From Blastocystis sp. subtype 4 (lineage: Eukaryota): 64,000 nucleotides of DNA. The notes under the pieces were generated by a model, which was not told the origin of the DNA, made no database searches, and saw nothing but the letters and a program-made list of their open reading frames with translations. Numbering within the stretch: the stretch's first letter is position 1; the number at the start of each line of letters is the position of its first letter. Shown here in pieces: positions 48,058 to 59,424 of the stretch. The DNA is taken from the NCBI RefSeq assembly GCF_000743755.1, contig NW_014569538.1, forward strand, positions 1 to 64,000. Direction: 5' to 3'. A program made the translations under genes and the position numbers.

Positions 48058-49171
48058 TCAGGTGGGAGCAGCATATATTGTCTGCTTTTCAAACAAATTT
48101 TGTGTTACAGCGCTTAAGAAGACTGGAAACGAATTGCTTACAGTAATGAAGGTGAAAAGGTGCGAATCCAGACTACTCACAAAAGGTGTGTCCAGAAGTT
48201 CGAATTTATCTGTTCCATTCCTACAATTCATTTGATTCTAGTTCCCTTACCACATTAATTCAATCGTGTCTTCTCGACTAGGAGCATAGCGTGATTTTAA
48301 TCGAAGTCGGTTATCATGCAAACTGAGATCGACATTCCATCCAGTAAGCTGATATCTACATCTAACAATTCTCGTTCACAACTACACTGCATCTCGGAAC
48401 CGGTTTGTCTGGGTCGCAAAAACTTCTCTCATTCGTTCAATTCGTTTCTTTAAGGTGTCTATCTCTTCTTTCATTGATGCTTCACATCCAAGGAGACTCA
48501 CTGACGAAGGCGTTTCAGATAAGATAGGAGAAGCTGCTCCAGGCGACTGAGAGAGTTTTCGTAATGCTTGTTGTGTTTCTTCCAGTTGCTGTTTGAGTAT
48601 GTCGATCTTCTTGGTTGTTGCTTCGGCTATAGGATTCTCTTGCATATGCAATACTCTCCAGCTGGTACAATTGAAACCTCCTTTTGATATAGTTTCCTCT
48701 ACTTGCTGTTTGTAGAGTTGCAAATCTCTCACTGCTTGTTCATATTTCTTTTTCCAAACATCCGACTCATCATCTATCCGCGAAATGGAAGGCCTTTCCG
48801 AAAGAACACTTCGATTTGAAGAACTGATGATCGATGATTCAATGTCGTTGTTTAGGGATTCCAACTCTCCACGCAACACAAGGACCTGAAGTCTCAGTTC
48901 AGATGACTAATCATGAAACCCAAGATAAAGAATCACAAGTGCCCTTTCTTGATCTAGTTCGGATTCCAATGTTTGTTTCTGTTTTATGAAATCGATCTCC
49001 ATTTGTCGCAAGGATTCTTTTGCTTTCTTCTCTTCCTCCTTGTGATACTCAATTTGTCTTTTGTATTCAGTTTCTAACTCCGAGAAATAGATCTAGATAT
49101 TATTAGACAACTTCTATTCCCACATGTCGATCATTCTCCTTATCCTTTTCTCCCACCTTCAGTCGTTTCAT
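48058..49171 (-). CDS. MAD1: Spindle checkpoint protein MAD1 (short form)
   Basis: Mad2-interacting motif RVLHMQENP; RMREVF...FRDAVYQLTGW; SFPVFLSAVTQNLFEKQT. Confidence 0.85.
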
Positions 49172-49293
49172 ACACTTGGTTGTACTCTCAATTCACAACT
49201 TTTGAGAACAGATTAATGCAATAGACAGAAATAGTCTCTATTTTGGTGTTGCTTCGATTCTTACAAATACACTGTTCCGATCCTTCAGCAATC

Positions 49294-49876
49294 ATGGTTA
49301 GGATTAAAGTAGCTATTTTATCGATAGATTCAATGGGTATTGCTTGTAAGTCGTCAGGGAAAGATCAGACTCCAACAGTTTTATAATGGAGCAAATCCAA
49401 GAGTAGCTTTATTTTTTGCAGTTTTGTGATGCGATAGGAAATCCAAAGTACGACTCGTAATGCTGTTAACCAAGTTCTATCTCGTCCAGCTCGTTACTGT
49501 AATTACATTGAGCAGAAGGATTCAAAGATTGTATTTAAGAGGTATTGGATGAGAATGGTTTGTGTTTGGTAGATTTGCTTCACTTTACTTTATCATTTCG
49601 ATAGATAAAGATGAAAACGAGCTGACTGCTCTCGAGTTTATTCAACACTATGTAGAAGTGTTAGACCAGTACTTTGGGAATGTGTGTGAACTGGATATTA
49701 TTTTCCACTATGATAAGGCGTATCATGTATTGAATGAGCTATGTATTGGTGGAAGGATCCTCGAAACGAATAAGCGGGAGATTCTTCGTGTATGCACAGC
49801 ACAAGATAAGATGGAAACCGAAGCAAAGACAAGTGCCAAGACGGGGTTCCCTGGTTTGAGCAGTCTTGGTTTGTAA
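49294..49876 (+). CDS. AP complex sigma subunit (AP-1 sigma-like)
   Basis: LLVSRQGKIRL; KRFASLYF; ENELTALEFIQHYVEVLDQYFGNVCELDIIF. Confidence 0.92.
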
Positions 49877-49925
49877 TCTTGTTCATGCGTTGTAGAGGCT
49901 AGTATTAGTGTGTTTGTTAAACAAT

Positions 49926-50492
49926 TTAGGTTATCAGCTTCTTATTTTTCTTTGGTTCTTCGAGTTCTTCAGGTTTATCTGAGATCAGTTTATGAATTAA
50001 AGGAATCACATCATCTAGTCCCTCTAGATGGAAGGGCTCAGGCTCAATATGAATTAGACCACGGTCCCGCTTGACTTTTAGTTCATCGGCTTCCCTTTCG
50101 ATTAAGGGCTCATAAAATTTGTCAATTCGACGCATTTCCTTGACAAGTTCCATCCGGTAATCATCCACGAGGAAAGGATGAGACTCATCTTCCATATCAA
50201 CGTACTTTCGGAAGATCTCTCGTTTCGCTTTGTCGATTTCATACTCCCACTCTTTGTAAGACTCTGTCCTTTCCACAATTGCTCGAGCAAGCTGTTCATT
50301 GTAGTTCCTTTGGTGCTGTTCTATAATTAACTTAAGGAATTCATACATACTTTCCACAAAGGCCTTTTGTTTCTTTCTATCGACGATTCCTCGTTCATAT
50401 TTATCTAAAATCTTTCGCTGTATTTGGATTTGAGAATAAAGCGTCGTTCTCGTAAAGAAGGATCGAGAAAACTGAAAACCGATTGAAAACAT
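49926..50492 (-). CDS. Intronless hypothetical protein with an MRO-like presequence
   Basis: MFSIGFQFSRSFFTR start; helical and charged; stop followed by the end motif. Confidence 0.6.
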   Translation of the reverse strand: MFSIGFQFSRSFFTRTTLYSQIQIQRKILDKYERGIVDRKKQKAFVESMYEFLKLIIEQHQRNYNEQLARAIVERTESYKEWEYEIDKAKREIFRKYVDMEDESHPFLVDDYRMELVKEMRRIDKFYEPLIEREADELKVKRDRGLIHIEPEPFHLEGLDDVIPLIHKLISDKPEELEEPKKNKKLIT

Positions 50493-50631
50493 GTTGAGTC
50501 TACTTCTTCAGATGACTCCAAGCCAAAATAATAATTCGGAGGAGAATGAAGCAATATTTGAGATATCTAGTTGCGAGAAATTCCCGCGATTATTCTTTCT
50601 TTGAGAATTCATCAGTCTTGTCTGCCCACAG

Positions 50632-51017
50632 ATGCCATTCTACAGAATACTGTTGGTAACACGCAATGATCTAGCTGTTGCATCTTTATACAATAAGTTT
50701 GTGGAAACAGCCAAGTATGTGATCAACAACGGAGGTGTGTTCCAGAGAATATATAATACAGGAAATCAAATCTTTCGGTGGGATATTGAGGAGTTTTCTT
50801 TTATTCTAGGTATCCCTTATACTGTAAGGCAAACTCGAAAACATATCGAGAAGGACCTATGTTTTCTCTTCAATTTTGCAGTTCACCACAGGTGATGGAG
50901 AGTGTTTGTGAGAATCTAAAGAATTCAACTTATGTAGGATCGAATATTTTTTGTGATGCATAGTACTTACGTATCGAGAAGGAAAAAATCAATACGACGG
51001 CTGGGATGAGGTTGTAA
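50632..51017 (+). CDS. Mitochondrial ribosomal protein bS6m
   Basis: MPFYRILLVTR...AKYVINNGGVFQRIYNTG matches the S6 N-terminus. Confidence 0.7.
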
Positions 51018-51040
51018 TCGAGTTTGTTGAACAAAGAAAT

Positions 51041-52169
51041 CTACACCTTTTCATTCTTCACAGGACTTCCACCGAAATTGTAGAGAATAAGTGCTACAAA
51101 CACAAGCATTGCTCCGACCACAAAATTGGCAGTAAACTTGAAACCGAAGACAAATTTGGAGATTAAAATGTAAAGGAATCACACACAAAGAAAGATAAAA
51201 GGATATCAACACACGAAAGGACCATCGAGAGACACGTTGATAAACCCTTCACAATATTATCTGTATAATTGACAACAGCAGCAATCAAGACCCCAGAAGC
51301 ACCCTAAAAATAACAACTGGTATCAATAACGACATTCAGAATGATTGTTATCCATGTATAGACATTATATCCAGTGAAGAAACCTTCTTCACGAATGCGG
51401 GCCAAATCCTTCGTTCCAGCATTGATGCAACAGAAAAAGCATGTAGCAAGGCATAGTTGGATACTCTGAATCCAAATGTTGTTCTTGGTTCTTCCCTTGA
51501 GAACCATTTCAAAGAACACACCTGCAAAGCCACTGGTCAGGGAGCAAATAACAATACAAACGAATCCCAAGAATGGATCTTGGTCAGTCGTACTTGTCTT
51601 TGCAGTGGAAGACTTGCTACTCAGTTCAACGAGACCTACCCCTGGAACAATGATAATAAGAGCGATCCACTGGCGTAGAGAAAGCTTCTTGTGGAGTAGG
51701 AACACAGAGAACAAGGCAGTTGTAAGAATCTTCATCTGGTAAGTCACAGAGTAGATAGCCGAGTCCAAATTGGTAATTGCTACAAGACTATGCGTTGAAC
51801 CAAAGACAAAGGATTACAGAAGATTGTTTTGAATGGCATACAAAAATGCGGGAACAAAGAGCAAAAGAGTATGCCTCCATTTTAAAAATACTTCTTGAAT
51901 GATGATCTGCAATGGTATTCCACTTCCAGTATTACTTTGATTCCACGGACAAAACCCACCTCCATACAGAAAAATAATATACAACAAATGACTTTAAACC
52001 CTTCCGAGAGGATTACTGTGGTGGAAACAATATATCTATAATAAAGAGGCAATTCAGAAAGTTACTTCGTAGAATTAACAATTCGACTGTATCTCATAAC
52101 GGTTACTTGCACTGTTGTTAAACAAGTCAAGAACACTAACAACAATGACTTGATAGTTTGAAGTCTCAT
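51041..52169 (-). CDS. SLC35A nucleotide-sugar transporter
   Basis: VPAFLYAIQNN; VTYQMKILTTALFSV; SGFAGVFFEMVLK; YTDNIVKG; U12-type intron 51206-51163. Confidence 0.92.
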
Positions 52170-52304
52170 TAGAAGGCTATGAATTAACGAACGAAAAGAA
52201 CACGAAACAATGCAGAGTGGAATATGATCGGATCTCTCAATACTGGATACAAATAAAAGCATAGATTGCAACAAACAAAAGAACTAAACAAAAAGAATTC
52301 CTGA

Positions 52305-52595
52305 TTAACGACGCTTTCTCAACATCTCATTCAGGAGAGCAGGATCCGCAAAGGGATGGCTAGCTTTATAACCCATCTGGTACTATTAAATTACCATATC
52401 AAATGCAAGAATTACCCTTTTTCCAGCAATACACTGGCTCATAGCCTCAATTGCCCCTCTACAAGCTGAAACATCTGCATTGTGCATTTCCATGCAACGA
52501 ACAAGTTCCATCATTGCTCCAGAACAGAGACTAATTTTCCACTGCTTATTGGCTTTTCGTACTGCAGCAACAGATCTCTGAGCCAATGTCTTCAT
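52305..52595 (-). CDS. Twin CX9C (CHCH) protein, mS37/Mrp10-like
   Basis: CSGAMMELVRC...CRGAIEAMSQC. Confidence 0.65.
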
Positions 52596-52652
52596 TACAA
52601 TCCAACAATGAACAATAAGAAGATCGAACTATGCTCATTGGTTTGTTGAAGC

Positions 52653-53584
52653 ATGCCACTTCAACTTGTATCTTTGGAAAAAGAGATTGAAACAGTATGA
52701 TTCTGTATTCATTTAACGAATAGGCCCTACATACTCTTCAATCCGATCCTACAGATTTGAGTTCTGTGAAATTGCTTTTATTACTATGATGAATAGATTT
52801 CACAAGATGAAGAACTGCGGTTCTATTTGTCTTCCGAATTGATGTCTGCAAGAAAGGAATCAAAGTCTTCCTATACTGAAAGATGTGGAATTTAAAGTAA
52901 AGAATGAAATGTAGTGGGTTTGGATGCGATGACAGAAGAAGAGAAGGAATCCTTGCTCTTACGAGAAATTGAAGATTCATGTAGGCAGCTAAACTTGGAG
53001 ATTGATTATTTCCGCCAACGTATTCGTGAATGTAATGAGGAGAAACAACTGTACGAATGTGCTTTGGAATATAACTAGACTGTCTCAGACAAATTCAGAT
53101 CTTAATGAGGTGCGAATGGAGCTAGAACGACATAGTGAACATAATTCGCGACTGATCAACAGTCTGAACGATAATGAAGCTTCAATTTTTGACAATGAAA
53201 TGGAGAACTACCGGTCAGATTATATTCGTCTTCAAAAAGCAAATCGAATACTGATAAATGAAATAAAGGATCTTTTGAATACGTGTTATGGGAATAGAAC
53301 TGTGTGATTGTCTATTTTTGGTTATTTCTAGTCATCTGGCGATCCAACAACACTTCTATCGAAGGAAATTCTTTCATTGTTAGAGGTAAGTTTGTAAAAA
53401 TCAATTAATGCAAAGGAGTGTATCAAAAAGACACTAGATCGAGAGGCTTCTGACAAGTATGTAACGCTTTCTCCGCAAATGGTAGCTGGTGAGGCAACTC
53501 AATTACTACTATCTTCAAACATTATTCAAATAGATCCACGAAATAGCAATCGGGTGAAAATAGTTGATTTCTATCGATATCAGT
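52653..53584 (+). CDS. CENP-K/Mcm22-like kinetochore protein
   Basis: Coiled coil followed by DKYVTLS...ATQLLLSSNIIQIDPRNSNRVKIVDF, resembling the CENP-K C-terminus. Confidence 0.55.
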
Positions 53585-53606
53585 TCTTGTTTGCATACAG
53601 GTTATT

Positions 53607-54759
53607 ATGTCTGAATCTTGCTCAAATTCCGTAATTTCATATATAGAACTGTTAATAATAGGATATTCTCGAGAGTTACTACTACTTGCTGAATGTTCCT
53701 GGAAAAAACATCCGCAGCATTCTTATCGACGTATTTCAATCGTGGCTACAGATCCCTATTGATAAACTCGATATTATTCGCGATATTATTAACTCTCTAC
53801 ATACGGCGAGTCTGATGTAAGAATTCGTACATATTGAGAATTATAGGATTGATGACATCGAAGATAACTCCAAACAGAGAAGAGGTGTTCCGGGTGGATT
53901 TTTTGTTTTCAACTAATTGTAGTGGCACACGAAGTATTTGGGGTTGCTCCAACAATTAATGCTGCTAATTATGTATATTTCCTTGCCTTACAGAAGGTTG
54001 AAGTGATTCAAGTCTATCAAATAGTGCCATTCTCTCCAAAATGAAGGTGCCCTGAATGTATTCATCAAAGAGCTAATCAATCTCCATCATGGTCAAGTAG
54101 GGGTGATTGATTAGTACTACGGAAGGGCATGGATATCTACTGGAGAGACCACCTGCAGTGTCCAACGGAAGAGGAATACAAACAAATGATATCAGATAGT
54201 ATGGCTTGTTCTATTTGATCAAGAACAGAAACCGGTGGTTTACTTCGATTATCGATTGGACTAATGCAAGCGTTCAGTGACAATCATACAGACTTCATTC
54301 CACTTCTCGTAGGCATCATTAGTGTCATTTACATTAGAATCGAATTGGAATCTTCTATCAGATTCGAGATGATTATGTCAATATATGCAATGAGGATTAC
54401 GCAAAAGAGAAGTGTTTCTTTGAGGATCTTACTGAGGGAAAGGTATCTATTCTGGCTGTTTCTTCCATAGTTTTCCTTCCCAATTATTCGGTGCATTCAC
54501 AAGAATCCTTCAGATCATCGGTTGGTGAGTATTCTGAAGCAACATACAGATAAGCTGGAACTGAAACAATATGCAAAATCCATTATTGAGGAATCTGTAT
54601 TCTTGTGAAATATGATGGTGATGATTAGGGGTCTCTGGAAGAGACTCGACTTGAGGGGTTGAAACTATCTGAAGATATTATAAACGAAATCCATCGTCTT
54701 GGAGGCAATGATTCTTTAGAAAAGACAATTCTGATGCTAACGAAAGTGTTGGAGAAATA
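53607..54759 (+). CDS. GGPS1: Geranylgeranyl pyrophosphate synthase
   Basis: [43 protein letters not shown]; stop probably TA+A at 54758-54759. Confidence 0.93.
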
Positions 54760-54827
54760 TATGTGTTTGTTGGATTTCTGAAAGTGTACACAAGTGATTG
54801 TCACATTTGTGTTTTTGAGACAGTGAA

Positions 54828-56745
54828 ATGGATCAGGAACAAGGATCAGCCGTCCTATGTAGTAAGGAATCTCAAACGACAGAAACTGAAACTAAAGAAG
54901 AGTGTGTTCAAGGGAAGTGAGAATAGTGTTGATTAATTCTTATCATATAGTTCTGGACATATGGATGAAGATAAACACTGTATTAGTACAAAGCTGAATG
55001 GTGATTGTAGGTTCTGAGTGTTCTTTACGCCAAATGGATATTGAGGCAATGCAAGAAAGAAATAGAAAAGTAATCGAAGGATATTCAAAGTTGGATTTGG
55101 CTATTTGGTATTCATTAGATATCGAGATGAGATGGAAAGCATTTTGAGGTTGAAAGATTCGGAAATTGAACGATGTGGATTTTGGACAAGGGAATGAGAT
55201 GTAGTGAATGGGGTACTTGTGGGAGGAAAGAAGGAAGTGGAAATACTGACTTCAACGGTTCAGAATTTAACGGATAAGTTAATGGCTGCTGAAAAAGCCC
55301 AGAGTGAGCAAGCTAGTGCATTAGCTGAGTTGAAAGACGAGCTAGAAGTTCGACTGGTGGAATAGATTTTATCCGTAGATAGAGCGAACGAAGAATTCTC
55401 AGATCAGTTCTCAATGCATTTCTCTGCAATTCAAACTAGCTCAAGAGAAGGCGACAAAGTCTATCAAAAGCACAACAGCCACAATTTCTTCTGCAATTAA
55501 ATCCATTTCGCAAGACTTGCTAGTGAAGAAGGTGGAGCCAGTAGTGGTGAATGAGGGATACACTCAGTTTCTCTCTCGCTATGAGTCGGATATGAAACAT
55601 TTAGAGGGTATCGTGAAAGAGTTGGAGACTTCATATCAGAAGGTGGTGAAGGGATGGGTAGGGTTGAAATGGAATGATTAGAACCAGACTGCAAGTGAAG
55701 AGGAACATCAAAAGAAGACAACTGAATTATTAGAAGAGAATAAGGAGTTGAGAAAGGAGAAGAATGAATTAGAACAAGCACTTCGTAGGTATGAAGGAAG
55801 GATTATGATACAGGTTCAACCATCCAATCTCTTGAGAGTTCAAATAAGGAAATGAATACTCAGTTAAATCAAGCTCGAATTCTGTATAAGATTTCTGTAG
55901 GGATTTGTGAAGTAAATGATTGAAAGGATCAAGAAGAGAATAACCGGCGTATTGCCAAGTTAGAGAGTTTAATGAAGTCAGAGCAAGAATCTCGTTAGAG
56001 TTGAATGAATTGAATCATCCATAGACAAGGCAACTGTTGATCAATTGAATACTGACCTTACTGATGCCAAGACAAAGGAGTCAAATCTTCAGGAGACACT
56101 CCAGCACCTATCGTCTCTCGTAAAGAGTTATGAACGCCACCAGATGGCTTTGGAAGATGTGGATATGACGCAGCAAGAAGAAGAGGAGAAGAAACGTGTC
56201 TTGGATCGTCTTACCAAATGGATTCCAGATGACCGTCATTATGATGATCCTGGTTATGGGCTGGATGATAGCTGTGTGCTGAGTCTCCTACATGAATGGA
56301 AAACAGATGAATCGATTCGTCAGGTGGCTCTCCAGTGGATGATGGAGTATATGAAAAAGGTAGCATGTGAAGAGAAGAATTGATACTAGACATTTGATGA
56401 TTCTATTTCGGAACTGATTCTTCAAGGAATGCCATTTGAGGTGTATGAAGGTGTGGATCAGGCAATTATTCCCATTTTACAATCAAGAATGAACTCTACA
56501 ATTCGTATTGAAAAGAGACAGTCTGTTCTTTATGGTAGGAAAAGGAAATGTGATTTCAAATAGATATGAAAATCACTGCAGGAATTGTTGATACACCAGA
56601 GGTAACTCCTATTGTTAATGAGGTTTCTCCAATCACGTTGACTCCCACCGAAATGCCTGGAGCAGTGTCCGAGCAGCAACAGAAGAAGAGTTAATTATTA
56701 TTCGTTGGTTGATTTGTAGAGAAGAAGTGGTTGTGGAATGATTAA
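54828..56745 (+). CDS. Multi-intron coiled-coil protein with an unnamed C-terminal domain
   Basis: Many short coiled-coil exons; C-terminal LDDSCVLSLLHEW...LQWM...EVYEGVDQAIIPIL. Confidence 0.65.
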
Positions 56746-56832
56746 GTTATATGTTTGTTTCAAATCAAAATCGAGACTTCTTTTGTCACAACTTTGAAAT
56801 CAGATTGTACTCGAAGTACCCACTTTCCAGCG

Positions 56833-57256
56833 ATGAAACTAGTTAGGTGACTTGCGAACATGATTTGTCATCTTATAGATTTTTGATGAAGCTCTCAACA
56901 GAGAGTGTGACGATTGAGTTGAAGAACGGTACAATCATTGTTGGAACCATTACAGGTATGAGGATAGAGTCAATGAGTCCCATTTAGGAGTTGATATTGC
57001 CATGAATACACATTTGAAGGCTGTGAAGATGACCATCAAGGGAAGAAATCCCGTTTCATTGGACTCTATGAGTGTTCGCGGAAGCAGTATTCGATATGTG
57101 ATTCTTCCTGAGAGGTTGCGATTATTGCTGCAACTCACTTATAGTATTAATCTCGATGCTTATCTTATTGACGATGCTCCAAAGAACAATCCTGCTCGTG
57201 TTCAGGCTTCAAAGGGTCGTGGCAGAGGTCGTGGCAGAGGTCGTGGTCGTAATTGA
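56833..57256 (+). CDS. SNRPD1: Small nuclear ribonucleoprotein Sm D1
   Basis: [34 protein letters not shown]-repeat tail. Confidence 0.97.
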
Positions 57257-57366
57257 GTTTTGTTTTGTATATATGACATGTTTGTTCGTTTATTCCAACA
57301 TTTTGATGCCGACTGGTCATCATGGTCATTTTTTCCGATATTCTCTCTGTCAACTAGAATTCACGT

Positions 57367-57484
57367 TTCTGTCCTCCAAGTACTATCGAATAGTCGTTTT
57401 GACTAATAGTGTCGAGAGAAACTATTCATAGAGCATTCATCATAATTGCTTTCTCACATAATTTCAACCACAGACGACGATGTT
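57367..57484 (-). ncRNA. Candidate intronic H/ACA-like structured RNA
   Basis: Inside a putative 143-nt GTAAGT...TAG intron; stems ctcta/tggag and tgaatagtt/gactattcg; ACA 14 nt after the upper stem. Confidence 0.35.
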
Positions 57485-57588
57485 ACTACTACTTACGTCG
57501 GTGCATAGCAAATAGACGAGAAAACGGTTTTCGTATCATTGTGGCGGTTCCCTTCTTTCCCCATTTGCCAATTCAAGACGGCTTTGAG

Positions 57589-59319
57589 ATGGACGACCGT
57601 AGTGATGATGACAGTATCCGGCAGTTTTCTGATTACAACTATCTAATAAGGTATACATAGTGAGGATAGTAGTAAATCTAGACAAGGGGTAACCAAGCCA
57701 CTATTTGGAATCGATATTGGAGGAACTCTCACGAAGTGCGTCTATTTTGAGCCATTCAATTGTGATGTTAACGTAGCTGATGTGAGTTCTGTCCGTTCCT
57801 GTGACTATTAGACGCAAAGAATGACGGAGTTCATCAAGTTTCATAAACAATACAATTCGAGGATTGCTGACCAGAGTGTTGATGATGCAAAATATGAAAT
57901 TTGGATCCGACGAATGAATGGATATATGCATTTTCTCAAGTTTCAAACGACGGATGTTCCCGTAAGATTGATGGTAGATTGTGAATTGTAGGATGCACTG
58001 GATCTCGTGAAGGATCTGAACTGCTCTCCCAACACGTTCGCTGCAGCAGCATCGGGAGGAGGTGCCTACAAATATGCAACTCTCTTAAGAGAAGTTCTTC
58101 AACGTCCTTGTCCTAAAGCGGACGAATTGGAAAGCTTGATTCGCGGAATTGCCTTTCTGCAAGAGAACTATCCTACAGAGTGTTATACTTTCATTCCAGG
58201 TGATAATGGTGAACCTCCTCGCAAAGTCGTTATTCCACTAAAACAGGGCATTTATCCTTTTATTCTTGTGAATATCGGGAGTGGAGTGAGTATTCTGAAA
58301 GTGACGAGTGAGAACATTTGTGAGCGAGTGGGTGGTTGTCCGATGGGAGGAGGGACTTTCTTCGGTTTAGCCAGGTTACTCACCGGAGGGTTGAGTTTTG
58401 ATGAATCACTACGACAAGCAGCAGAAGGGAATAAGAGTAATGTGGATATGTTAGTCCGTGATATATATGGTGGTGATTACGATAAATTCAATCTGAAGGG
58501 TAGCGTAGTAGCAAGTTCATTTGGTAATATGTGTGTCTGATGTAATGATGATTAGGGAAATTAGGTCGAGAGTTTAATGATACATCCTACTCACAAGCAG
58601 ATTTGTTAGCTTCTATTCTTCATATGATTACAAATAATATTGGTTCATTAGCGAATCTTCATGCTCAGACATATGGAATCAAGCGTATAATTTATTCAGG
58701 GAATTTCCTCCATCATAACCAAACTGCCATGCATCTACTCTCAATGTCAATGCGGTATTGGTCGGCAGGATCTGTGAAAGCTTTGTTTTTGGAGCATGAA
58801 GGATATTGTGGAGCTGTTGGAGCTCTTTTAAGCACCCTTGAGAACAAAGAATTCAATGTGATTCCCAATACTACAATTGATGACGATGATAAGAACAGTG
58901 TTGATGTGGATCCTACTGTATATGTCGAGGATATCACTGATTATTTGTGGAGTGATCATGGAGAATCAATCACGTTGAATTCACTGGAGTATATCATTTT
59001 TAGGCTAACCATAACAAACCCAAAGTTTGAAGGCCTCTCTAATAAGAGTATAAAAGTGGAGGCACGAAGTCAGTCAATCTTCATTCAAGTGCACGTTGTC
59101 AAAGACACAATCTATACACTTCGAATTCCTCTTCTCTACGAGGTAATGTCATGTAGAAAGAGTTATCAATAGGCTATTGTCCCCGAACAAACAGGATTCA
59201 CGTTAGATAAAATAATGGTGACTGTTTACATGTACAAGGTTGTGAATCATCCTTGGCCCCGACTTCAGTTGTTCTATGAAGGAGAGGTCCGAACTACAAG
59301 ATCTAGATCTTGCTATTGA
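57589..59319 (+). CDS. Type II pantothenate kinase fused to a C-terminal CS (p23-like) domain
   Basis: GIDIGGTLTK; SGGGAYKY; VNIGSGVS; GGGTFFGL; VASSFGK; FLEHEGY; then ITDYLWSD...LRIPLLYEAIVPE...YKVVNHPWPRL. Confidence 0.9.
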
Positions 59320-59424
59320 ATCGTTATCCCTTTATTGAAGATTGTTTGTTTTAATAGGTGTTTCAAATGACAGAAATACTAACCATTTTTATTATCAAAT
59401 AGATCTTCGTAAGTTGAAGACGAA

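Noticed and set aside
52595..52610. Head-to-head ATGs only 12 nt apart
   Set aside because: The ATG at 52608 hits an early stop; the CENP-K-like gene more plausibly starts at 52653
57305..57325. Minus-strand ATGATGA followed by CCAGTCGGCATC (SSU-like antisense) as a C/D snoRNA
   Set aside because: No box D or D' (CTGA) downstream
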